Origin: Felis catus
Lineage: Eukaryota
Direction of reading: 5' to 3'
NCBI RefSeq assembly: GCF_018350175.1
Contig: NC_058369.1
Location: 24,306,001 to 24,370,000 of the forward strand
Length of the DNA: 64,000 nt
Part shown: in pieces, positions 12,935-24,861 of the stretch
Layout of the letters: every line of letters begins with the position of its first letter
Numbering within the stretch: position 1 is the first letter of the stretch
The notes under the pieces: model-generated
Told to the model about the DNA's origin: nothing
The model's input: the letters and a program-made list of their open reading frames with translations, nothing else
Database searches by the model: none
Position numbers and translations under genes: made by a program

Positions 12935-13355
12935 GGGTGCCTGGGTGGCTTCAACAGCGAAGCAACCGATTTTGCCTCTTGATTTTGGCTCAGGTCATGA
13001 TCTCACAGTTGGTGGGATCAAGCCCCACATCGGGCTCTGCGCCACCGATAGCATAGAGCCTGCTTGGTATTCTCTCTTTCCTCTCTCTCTGCACCTCTCC
13101 CCATGTACTTGGCTCTCTCTGTGTCAAAAATTAGTAAATAACTATTTGAAATAAAATAAAATAAAATAAAATAAAATAAAATAAAATAAAATAAAATAAA
13201 ATAAAATAAAATAAATAAAATAAATAAAATAAAATAAAATAAATAAAATAAAATAAAATAAAAAATAAAATAAAATAAATAACATAAAATAAAATAAAAT
13301 AACAAAAAATAAAATAAAATAAAATAAAATAAAATAAAATAAAATAAAATAAAAT
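12935..13355 (+). mobile_element. CanSINE with a ~200-bp (AAAAT)n tail (about 13149-13355)
   Basis: gggtgcctgggtggct head. TSD core atattattt at 12925-12933 and 13356-13364. Confidence 0.9.
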
Positions 13356-14080
13356 ATATTATTTGCTGCCATATATTATATGCCATATAGGATATAATAT
13401 ATGGCAGCAAATAATAGTTCTATTCTCCATCCAGGTCTAAAATGCCCTGAACATTGCAGCATGTCCCAGAGAGATGGCATTCACTGACAGACAACTGTGG
13501 TAACAAAGGAACTGGCTGATGACATTTCCCCCCTACACCCCTCAGCATAAGCACAGGTCCATCTGCAGAAACCAGCGTAGTTTAGATGCACATAACCTAA
13601 TTTGCTTACGCTAAGCCCCACATCCCATGCTCCAGTGGAACTGCACCTCCTAGTCATGCTTGCCTCAGTCCCAACACAGTAGGTTCCCTCCCCTAGAAGA
13701 CCAGCCCAAATGCCTGCTCACACAGCATCTCCATATAGGGGAGTTTTGTGGAGCCTCAGTTCTGGTGGTGTCAACAGGTCTCAATTCACAAGAAGACCAG
13801 AGTACACCTACTTAAAACATGCCATATCCAACCAGGGACCTAACTAACACTGCTCACAAAAAGCAAAGAGAGACTCTGCAGATGACTGACCTGAAGGATA
13901 AAGCAGCCAGGGCAAAACAGCAGAGCACATGCAGCACACACTGGAGACACTTCCAGAAGTGCCAGACCCTGAAGAACCACACAACAGGGCACTACAGGAC
14001 CTCTCATGAGGCCATTACCCTCAGGAACAGGACATGTAGCTGACTTTCCTAACACATAGAAATAGACATAAAGACTTAAA

Positions 14081-14955
14081 GTGAGAAGACAGAGAAATTT
14101 ATCCTGAATGAAAGAACAGGACAAGACCATGGCCAGAGATCTAAGTAAAACATATATAAATAACCTGATTATAGAAAATTTAAAGTAATGATCATAAGGA
14201 TACTTACTGGACTTGAGAAAAGAATATTAGATATGAGAGACCCTTAACAAAGAGATAATGAATAACATAACAGAGATAATGGGCTAAATAAAAGAAATGA
14301 GAAACACACCTAAAGGAATGAATAGCAAGAAAGAAGAAGCAGAGGAACGAATTAGTGACATAGAATACAGAGTAATGTGAAGTACTCAAGCTGAACAAAA
14401 GAGAAAAATATAATGATGCAAAATGAGAATAGACGTAGGGAACTCAGTGATTCCATGAAAGATAATATATTCATATTATAGGAGTCCCAGAAGAAGAAAA
14501 GAGAGAGAAGGGAAGACAAAATTTATTTGAAGAAATAACAGCTGAAAATTCCCCCAATCCGGGGAAGGAAACACATATCCAGATCCAAGAGACACAGAGA
14601 ACTCCCATCAAAATTAACAAAAGCAGACCCACACCAAGACATATTGTAATTAAATTGGCAAAATATAGTGATAAAGAAAAACTTTTAAAGCAGCAAGACA
14701 AAAGAAGACAGTAACTTACTAAGGAAAACCCAAAAAGCTAGAGGATTTTTCAGCAGAAACTTTCTAAGCCAGAAAGGAGTAGCATGATACTTCCAAAGTG
14801 CTGAATGGGAAAAATCTGCAGCCAAGAATACTCTATCCAGCAAGGCTATCATTCAAAGCAGAAGGAGAGATAAAGGTTTCTCTGACAAAGAAAAACTAAA
14901 GGAGTTCATGACCACTACACCAGCCCTGCAAGAAATATTAAAGGGGACTTTTTGA
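14081..14955 (+). pseudogene. L1 ORF1 remnant
   Basis: Starts (M)RRQRNLS.MKEQDK; contains IIGVPEEE, RPTPRHIVIKL and NLQPRILYPARL motifs, with stops and frameshifts. Confidence 0.85.
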
Positions 14956-16898
14956 GTGTAAAGAAGAGACCAAAAGTAACAGTATAAAGGTAGGAAACAC
15001 AAAAGCAGTAAAAATGAATGTTTGTTCAAAAAATAAGTCAAGGAACCCATAAAATGAAAGGATGTAAAATATAAAAACATTGCCCTAAAACATGGGAAGA
15101 GGAGCAAACAATGGATTCAAACCTAAACAACATCAACTAAATGTAGACTATTATATGCAGAAGAGGTTATATACAAACCTAATTGTAACCATATATCAAA
15201 ACCCACTAAGAAATATGCAAAAAATAAAGAGAAAGAAATTCAAATACATCAATAAAGAAAATCAGCAAACCATGAAAGAGAGAAATGAGAGAAAGAATCA
15301 GAGAAAATCTTCAGAAACAGCCACAAAACAAGTAACAAAATGGCAATAAATACATATACATCAATAATTACTTTGAAAGTAAACAGACTAAATGCTCCAG
15401 TCAAAACACATAAGGTGAAAGAATGGATACAAAACAAGACCCATCTATATGCTGCCTAAAAGAGATTCATATTAGACCTAAATATGCCTTAGATTGAAAG
15501 TAAGGGATGCAGGAACATCTACCATGCAAATGAATGTCAAAAAAAAGCTGGAGTAGCAACACTTCTATCAGACAAAATAAACTTTAAAACAAAGATTGTA
15601 ACAAAAGAAAAAGAAGGCTACATATAATAAAAAAGGGAACAATCTAACAAGAAGGTATAACAATTGTAAATATTTATACACCTAATAAATAAGCACCCAG
15701 ATACATAAACAGATAATAACAAATGCAAAGTAATAAATAGATAATAATACACTAATAGTAGGGGGTTTTTAATACCCCATTTACATCAATGGACAGATCA
15801 TCTAACTAAAAAATATTAACAAGGAAACAATGGCTTTGAATGATACACTGGAACAGATGGATTTACCATATATATTCAGAATATTCCATCCTAAAACAGC
15901 AGAATACACATTCTTTTCAAGTGTACATAGAACATTCTCCAAAACAGATCACATATTAGCCCACAAAACAAGCCTCAACAAATTCCAGAAGATCAAAGTC
16001 ATACCATGTAGGTTTTCAGACCACAGTGCTATCAAACTAGAAGTCAACCACAAGAAAAAACCTGGAAAGACCACAAATACATGGAGGTTAAAAACATGCT
16101 ACTCAACAATGAATGGGCCAACCGGAAAATCAAAGAAGAAATTAAAAAGTGTATGAAAACAAATGAAAATGAAAACACAATGGTCCAAAACCTTTGGGAT
16201 AGAGCAAAAGTGGTTCTAAAAAGGAAGTTTATAGCAATACAGACCTACTTCAAGAAGCATGAAAATTTTCAAAAACAAAAACTTAACCTTACACCTAAAG
16301 GAGTTAGAAAAAGAACAACAGACAAACCCAAAACCAGAGAAGGAAGGAAATAATAAATACTATAACAGAAACAAAAGATATAGAAACTAAAAAAGCAACA
16401 GAGCTGGTTGTTTGAAAAAAAAATCAATAAAACTGATAAACCTCTACCCACACTTATCAAGAAAAAAAAAATAGAAAGGACTCAAATAAATAAAGTCACA
16501 AATGAAAGAGGAGAAATAATAAATAAAATAAAATAATAATAAATATTATAAATAAATAAATAAAATAAAATCACAAATGAAAGAGGAGAAATAATAACCA
16601 ACAGCACAGAAATATAATTATAAGAGAATATTATGAAAAACTATATGGTAACAAATTGGACAACCTAGAAGACATGAATAAATTCCTAGAAACATACAAA
16701 CTACCAAAACTTAGACAGGATGATATAGAAAATTTGAAACAAAACGAAATGAAACAAAACAAAACTGATAACCAGCAAAGAAATTTAATCAGTAATCAAA
16801 TAATTCCCAAAAAACAGAAGTCCAGGATCAGATGGCTTCACTGGCAAATTCTAATAAACATTTCAAGAAGAGTTAATACCGACTTTTCTCAAATTATT

Positions 16899-16900
<2 letters not shown>

Positions 16901-16936
<36 letters not shown>

Positions 16937-17414
16937 TATATATATGTATATATATATATATGCATATATATATATGCATATATATATATATGGATATCCG
17001 GATATATATATATATATGGATATTATTCCTTTATAATACTAATAATAGTATATAATATAATAATTATATAATATATATAATGTTATATATAATATAATAT
17101 AATATATATAATATAATAATATATATATTATATTATATTATATATTATAATATATAATATGTAATATAATATATATATTATATAATATAATATATACTAT
17201 AATATATAATATATATATTATAGTATATATTATATATATATTATATATATAAATATATAATATAATATATATAATGTATAATATAATATATAATATATAT
17301 TATATTATATATATAATATATAATATATAATATAATAATTATAAAATATATATAATGTTATATATTATATATATTATATATTTATTATATTATATACTAT
17401 TATTAGTATTATAA
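16901..17414. repeat. TA-rich insertion with long inverted arms inside L1 ORF2
   Basis: Arms 17031-17081 and 17364-17414 are complementary at 50 of 51 positions. Confidence 0.9.
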
Positions 17415-17745
17415 TACTGTCCTGTACTACAGGACAGTATCTCTGATGAACATAGATTAAAAAATCCTCAACATATACTTGCAAACAGAATTCAATAATA
17501 TATTTAAGAAATAATTCACAATCAAGTGGAATTTAATCGTGGGTTGCAAGGGTGGTTCAAACATGATACATCACATCAATAAAAGAAAGAATAAGAACCA
17601 CATAATCATTTCAATAGCCACAGAAAGAGCATTTGACAAAATACAATATTCACTCATGATAAAAACCCTCATCAAAGTAGGTTTAGAGGGAAGAGACCTC
17701 AATAATAAAGGCCATACATGAAAAACCCACAGCTAACATTATTCT

Positions 17746-17952
17746 TTTTTTTAATGATTAATTATTTTGAGAGAGAGAGACAGAAAGAGAGAAGGAGTGG
17801 GGAGAGGGGCAGAGAGAGATGAAGAAAGAGAGAATCCCAAGCAGGCTCCATGCTGTCAGCACAGAGCCCAATGAGGGGCTTTATTTCACAACTGTGAGAT
17901 CATGACCTGAGCTAAAATCAAGAGTTGGACGCTTAACCAACTGAGCTACGCA
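17746..17952 (-). mobile_element. CanSINE inside the L1, slightly 5'-truncated
   Basis: gagatcatgacctgagc motif; diverged TSD taacattattctt / tagcatcatcctt. Confidence 0.9.
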
Positions 17953-19404
17953 TAGCATCATCCTTAATGGAGAAAAACTGAGAGTTTTTCCTTTAAGATG
18001 AGTAATAAAATAAGGATGTCTACTCATACCACTTTTATTCAACATAGAACTAGAAGTCCTAGCCACAGCAGTTAGACAACAAAAAGAAACAAAAAGAATC
18101 CAAATCAGTAAGGAAGAAGTAAAACTTTCACTATTTGCAGGTAACATTACTATGTATAGAAAACCTGGAAGATTCCACCAAAAAACTGCTAGAGCTGATA
18201 AACGAATTCAGTACAATCACAGGAAACAAAATCAATGTATACAAATATGTTGCATTTCTATACACCACTAATGAAGCAGCAGAAAGAGAAATTAAGAAAA
18301 CAATCCCATTTACAATTACACCAAAAATAATAAGATACCTAGGAATAAACCTAACCAAAGAGGTGAAGGACCTGACTCTGAACACTATAAAATACCGATG
18401 GAAGAAATTGAAGATGAGACAAAAAAAATGGAAAGACATTCCACACGCATGGATCAGAAGAACAACTATTGTTAAAATGTCAATACTACCTAAAGCAGTC
18501 TATACATTTAATGCAAACCCTATACCAACAGCATGTTTCACAGAATTAGAATAAATAATCCTAAAATTTGTATGAAACCACAAAAGATCCTGAATAGCAA
18601 AAGTAATCTTAAAAAAGAAAAGCAAAGCTGGAGGATTCATAATTCTCAACTTCAAGTTATGTTACAAAGCTGTAGCAATCAAAATTGTGGTACTGGCACA
18701 AAAATAGACACATAGATCAACAGAACAGAATGGAAAATCCAGAAATAAACCCACAACTATATGCTCAATTAATCTTCAACAAAGCAGGAATGACTATTCA
18801 ATGGGAAAAGAAAAGTCTCTTCAACAAATGGTACTGGAAAACTGGACAGCAATATGCAAAGAACCTGGACCACTTCCTACACCATACACAAAAATAAATT
18901 CAAACTAAAGACCTAAACGTGAGAACTGAAACCATAAAAATCCTAAAGACAGCACAGACAGTAACCTCTTTGACACTGGCCATAGCAAACTTCTTTCTAG
19001 ATATGTCTCCTGAGGCAGGGGAAATAAAAGCAGAACTAAACTATTGGGACTATATCAAAATAAAAAGTTTCTGCATAGCAAAGGAAACAATCAACAAAAC
19101 TAAAGGGCAGTCTACAGAATGGGAGAAGATATTTGCAAATGACATATCCAATATGGTGTTAGCATCCAAAATACATAAAAAACTTACGCAACTCAATACC
19201 AAAAAAACAAACAATCCAATTAAAAATGGGCAGAAGGCATGAACAGACATTTCTCCAAAGACATCCAGATGGCCAACAGATGCATAAAAAGATGCTCAAC
19301 ACTGCTCATCATCAGGGAAATGCAAACCAAAACTACAATGAGATATCACCTCTCACCTGTCAGAATGCCTAACCAACAAGAAATTAATCAAGAAGAAAAG
19401 AATA

Positions 19405-19680
19405 GGGGCACCTGGGTGGCTCAGTCGGTTAAGCAACTGACTTCGACTCAGGTCATGATCTCACGGTTCGTGGTTTCAAGCCCCATGTCAGGCTCTGTGC
19501 TGACAGCTCTGAGCCTGGAGCCTGTCTCGGATTCTGTGTGTGTGTCTCTCTTTCTGTTCCTCCCTTGCTTGCTCTCTGTCTCTCTGTCTCTCAAAAATAA
19601 ATAAACGTTTAAAAAATTTTTTGAAAGAAGAAGAAGAAGAAGAAGAAGAAGAAGAAGAAGAAGAAGAAGAAGAAGAAGAA
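19405..19680 (+). mobile_element. CanSINE inside the L1 with a (GAA)18 tail at 19627-19680
   Basis: ggggcacctgggtggctcagtcggtt head; pure GAA run. Confidence 0.93.
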
Positions 19681-19967
19681 AGAACAGATGCTTACAAAGA
19701 TGTGGAGAAAAAAGAACACTTGTGCACTGCTGGTGGAAATGCGAACTGGTGCAGCCACTGTGGAAAACTGTATGGAGGTTCCTCAAAAAGTTAAAAATAG
19801 ATCTACCATATGATCTAGAAATTGTACTACTGGGTATTTACCCAAAGGATACAAAACCACAGAGTTGAAGAAGTACATGCACCCCAATTTTTATAGCAGC
19901 ATTATCAACAATAGCCAACTATGGAGAGAGTTCAAATGCCCATCGACTGATAAATGGATAAAGATGT

Positions 19968-20017
<50 letters not shown>

Positions 20018-22321
20018 CACACACACACACAGTGGAATGTTATTCAGCCATAAAAAGAATGAAATCTTGCCATTTGCAATGACATGGATGGAGCTAGAGA
20101 GTATTATGCTAAGTGAAATACATCAGTCAGAGAAAGACAATTACCACATGATTTCACTCATGTCGATTTTAAGGGAAAAAAAGAACAAATGGAAAAAGAG
20201 AGAGAGAGAGACAAATTAAGAAACATACTCTTAATTATAGAGAACTAATGGTTAGCAGAGAGGAAGCAGGTGGGGGAATGAGTTAAATAGGTGATGGGGA
20301 TTAAGGTGATAAGCACCGGGTGATGTATGATATTGTTGAATCACTATATTGTACACCTGAAACTAATATAACACTGTATTACTATTAATTAACTGGAATT
20401 AAAAATAAATATAAAATAAAATAAAAAATAAATAAATAAAATAAAATGCCCTGAACAAAATGTCATCAATAAGAAAATCCTGCAAAATGCCTACAGATAT
20501 ACACTATTTATATAGTCTCATGTTGTACTGTTTCAACTTCAGCCAAATATTTACTCCTGATATAGTTTTCACAGATTTGCTTTTCAAAATAATGAAAACA
20601 GTTCTATACTAAGATATTTAGAAACATCTTTACACAAATAACTGAAGGAAAGGAAGATTCACTACTATAGTCCCATTGTAACACACCCCACTAAGGTGTG
20701 TACTGAATTTAGGAACACATTTACACTTTTAAGCCAAGTTGAAGCCTCACATCATTGACTTTCAAAAAGAGCATAAATGATTCTGAAATGGGTGGTAACA
20801 CCAAATCCTGTGCAAATTTACTTTGGCCAGAGCAAGCAATTGTTTCTCTGTTGGGACTTGTTATAGACTCTTCCAATTTGTAAGCATTTTGTTACTAAGG
20901 AACATGGAGTTGGAAATAAACACAGCTCCAGGAGTAAAAAAGATAATCCATCATTATATAAACCATTTAAGCCAGAAACAAGGAAATACCATGACGTTTA
21001 AAATAGTCAAGTCATGCTAAATATGTTCGTTGTTCATTTTTTTCCTTAAAGACAAACCAAGAACCATCCCTTCTGGGTTCACCACCATTGCTGCTAAAAA
21101 TATTTACCATGATCACAGCATTGCTATGGCAGGGAACAAATTTTGGTGTGGAAAATCCATTGCATCCTACAAATTTTCTGTGTGTGAGTGTGCATGCACA
21201 CGTGAGTACGTGTTATATGCATGTAAATCAATTTACCATGTGAGTCCACAATATTCTAGTGTACTATTGTTGCAGCAGTGGTTTCTTTGTTTAGAGTCCT
21301 ACAATTTTAACACACAATCACAAATGACCTGCTCAAAGAGTAAAAATTGGTGATTGGAAGTTCCCACCATTTTCATATCTGTAAAATAAGGAGGCTGAAC
21401 TCACTGATCCAGTTCTAACAATGACATTCTGTAATTTTATGATTCTATTTTGTTAGTTCATATTCTACAATACTGGAACTCCTTAAACCACCCACAAACT
21501 AAGGGACTGTTCTTTCTGAGCAGACTGATATCCTACAAGCAAACCGGGTCACTAGGCATTTACCTATTCAAACAGTAAGCATTTTAAGTGCAGCCTAAGG
21601 GGGGAATACAGACAGCACTTTGCATCACATTTAATCTTGCAAACAAAGTGTCTTGGATAGAAAATAGCTAAAAATCATAGCCCTACCTTTCACAATTACC
21701 AATTTTACAGCGAGGGGGGGAAATATGCTGACAGCATCCTATCTAGCTGAAACATAAGTAATTCCCAGAAATGAGAACAGTAATCTAAAAGGAAGTCCTG
21801 TCTGAGCCAGAGGGGAAAAAATATGTCTAGAAACTACAACCTTCTGATGATGAAGAAACCAAATGCACCAAGCAAGCTTGCCATTCTACTGCATCTCAAA
21901 CACAAGCAAGTTCACACAAAAGACAAGATGAGTAAGGATGTTGCCAGGACAAATATATTGCCAGACTCCTTTACATCCATATCCAGGCAGAATTTGAGTC
22001 TTTTAGAAGCTGTCATCATTAACCAGAGTGGTCCCAATTTCTTCTGTAGATTAGGAAGTAGAATACAGAGGAGGGCACTTCTTCCCTCTAAGTTTCTTGA
22101 CACCAGGCATTTTGGATCCTGTGGGGATCCTGAGGGGAAGCACCAGAAGCGTGCACAAATACCCCCACCCTATCCCCAAAGCATTCCCTAGAAGAAATAA
22201 CATGTTTCATTGGATAAGATAATATGCTTGTATCCTATATCCATTACGCTTGAACTCCTTGGTCTCTTATGGAACTCTTTCAACAAGACAGTCCATGGCT
22301 CCTAGAAAGTCTGCTGTGTTC

Positions 22322-22540
22322 AGGGTGCCCAGATGGCTCAGTTGGTTAAGCATCCAACTCTTGATTTTGGCGTAGGTCATGATCTCACAATTCATGAGAC
22401 TGAGCCCCATGTCAGGCTCCATGCTGTCAGTTTGGGATTCTCTCTCTCCCTCTCTTTATGCCCTGACCCCCACTCCCCTGCACGAACATGCTCTCTCTTT
22501 CTCTTACTCTCTCAAAATAAATAAACATTTTTAAAAAAGG
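22322..22540 (+). mobile_element. CanSINE (older subfamily)
   Basis: TSD aagtctgctgtgttc (22307-22321) / aagtctgttctgttc (22541-22555). Confidence 0.9.
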
Positions 22541-22860
22541 AAGTCTGTTCTGTTCATCATCTCAGGGTTCTGTTTGTTTGCCTCGTGCCCATTCCAGTAG
22601 ACTGGAAGTAGCTTTATAGAGGCTGGTTTTAAGGAGGATCCTAAGGCCACACCCGGACTTGGTAAGAAGACTGCCAGAATGAAGACGTGAAGTGTTGTTA
22701 AGCACACAAGTATGGGGAACAATGGTATGCCTATCTGAGCTCTTTGAATCCAGAACACTCAACCCTGATAATCTTCACCCTTATATGCATGGATGGTCCC
22801 CTGTTCTTGGAGTAGGCTTTTCTCACACAACCTCTGATCTTGAAAAATCTACTTCATATT

Positions 22861-23312
22861 TGTAGTGAGTTGAATGGTGGCCCCCCTCAAAATATGTCCA
22901 TGTTACAGAAATTGTAAATGTGACTTTATCTGGATCAAAGAAAAGTCTTTCTAGATGTAATTAAAGATCTAGAGATGAGATCATCCTGGATTATCTGGAT
23001 GGTCCTTAAGTCCAATGATAAAGATCCTTATCAGAGACACATGAAGCAGAGACATAGACAGAAGAGACGAAGGCCACACAAAGATGGAGGCAGGGGTTGC
23101 AGTTAGGCAGCCCAAGTCAAGGAATGCCTGGAGCCACCAGAAGCTAGAATAGACAAAGGAAGATTTTCCCCTAGAGCCTCTGGAGGGACTGCACCCTTGT
23201 CAACCCCTTGATTTCGGATAACTGGTTTCTAGACCTGTCAGACAATTTTGTTGTTGTTTTAAGCCACCAAGGTTGTGGTAATTTATTATGGCATCCCCAG
23301 AAAACTAATACA
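22861..23312 (+). mobile_element. Solo MaLR LTR (MLT1C-like)
   Basis: TG...CA termini; gttgaatggtggcccc, gagatgagatcatcctggatta, gagccaccagaagct, ttttaagccacca and aactaataca motifs. Confidence 0.88.
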
Positions 23313-24861
23313 GCATCCTCTTTCATTCACCCACTCACTACCAACAATCAATGTTCATTATTTGTCATGGGAATCCAAAGATAAATAGCACCCTTGCTCT
23401 CCAGAGCCCTATGTTCTAGAGGGAGTGGCATGTAAACCAACCACTATGAGAGACAAGTACAGAACTCTCCCAAACAAGTACCGAACATGTTCTCAGAGGA
23501 TGTAATATCTGAGCTGAGCCTGGGAGAATAAGTTCACAGGGAGAGGGGGGTGCACAGGATGTCCATGGGGTGGGCCAGCAGGACACAGAGGAAGCCACCA
23601 GAGCCATGAAGTGAGATGCCAGATCCTAAAGCTGTGTACACCACGCTAACGAGCTTGACATTGTTTTCCTGTAGGAAAGACAGGAAATCTATAGAAAATG
23701 CCTTTCCTGATCATGTAAAAGATATATGAAGGCTTCTCTTCCTACCTTGGTCATACTCAAGAATGAAAAGTTCACACTCATTCCCAATATAAACATAGCC
23801 TTTGTGTCCCTGATCCTGGAGTGCCATTCCACCTTGCTAGTGATGTTTGCAGGAAGTCTTCTTCCCCTCAAAACTCTTTGCTCTGTGTAATCTTACCATT
23901 CCCAAAAGAATTTCCAGAGCAAACCAATTCTACACGTACTCTTGTTGGAGAAAAAAGGACTGGCAGGAGGGTAGGGGAGAATGTTCCACCATAAAATAAA
24001 TTTGGGAAATGCTTTTCCAAGAATTTACAAAATACTCCAAGAAGTCCACTTAAACTTTGACTAATCAGCATCATCCAAGCTTATTTAACTCTAACACTCT
24101 CTTTCTTATTACATTCTGTTAATATCCAAGGGAACATACTATGGAAAAAGCTGCACTAGAATAATGTTATTTTTCAAATAGAAGTTTAATATTACATTCT
24201 ATATTCAGTAGGTTCTCAGTATACAGTGTTAGTTCAGTTGATAGTCTAAATGTTTTCCCCTTTCCTACCCAGAACTCAACACCTTTATCAGAAAACATGG
24301 GCCTGAACATAATGTCCTCTGGACCATGCACTAAGCAAGCATGCACTAAGCACCTACATCCAGAACATAGTGGTCAGCCCTGGAAACATAGCATGGAGAA
24401 GATGGTGTCTGTGCCCTCAGAAGTTTTACGTGGCCACACATCATGCAATATGATTTAATTCTACACCTGACAAAATGATCACACAATAAAAGTGGGTTAG
24501 AAGTAACCCCATTGGAAAGAGATTTTTCATCCTGACTGCTAATAATTCTAAGTATTGTTTGCACAAAGGGGGAAAATAGCCTATAAAATTTATCATTCTC
24601 GAATGTCGAATCTTGTCATACTCCTAAGAATCCCCACAAGCTTGGGGAAAAAGAGGGCATTTTCTAAAATATCTCCTTTCAGAAGACCAGGGCTGGGGTT
24701 TACTTCTATGCCATTTCTCTATAACCCCTGTCATCATTGGTTACTTTCATTAACGTTATTAAGTTGTAATATATTTATGCTTGCACCATGGTACAACAAA
24801 AGCTGTTAAAATAATCTCTTGGTTATTTCATGACTACACGTGCCATAAAAATTATAAGGAA

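Larger units (their letters stand above)
15340..20172 (+). pseudogene. L1 ORF2 (endonuclease / reverse transcriptase / C-terminal) remnant
   Basis: MAINTY.SIITL start; ORF-track pieces [45 protein letters not shown] and WYWHKNRHIDQ; many disablements. Confidence 0.92.
13454..20441 (+). mobile_element. Near full-length decayed carnivore L1 (antisense to ERC2)
   Basis: TSD taaaatgccctgaaca at 13438-13453 and 20442-20457. Contains part of the 5'UTR, ORF1 and ORF2 remnants, 3'UTR and an A-rich tail, and is interrupted by two SINEs and a TA-rich insertion. Confidence 0.95.

Noticed and set aside
10378..13410. YI/CV/FYFIL-repeat ORFs resembling membrane or repeat proteins
   Set aside because: Translations of microsatellites and the (AAAAT)n tail.
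19448..19794. Poly-E and poly-L ORFs
   Set aside because: Translations of the (GAA)18 SINE tail.
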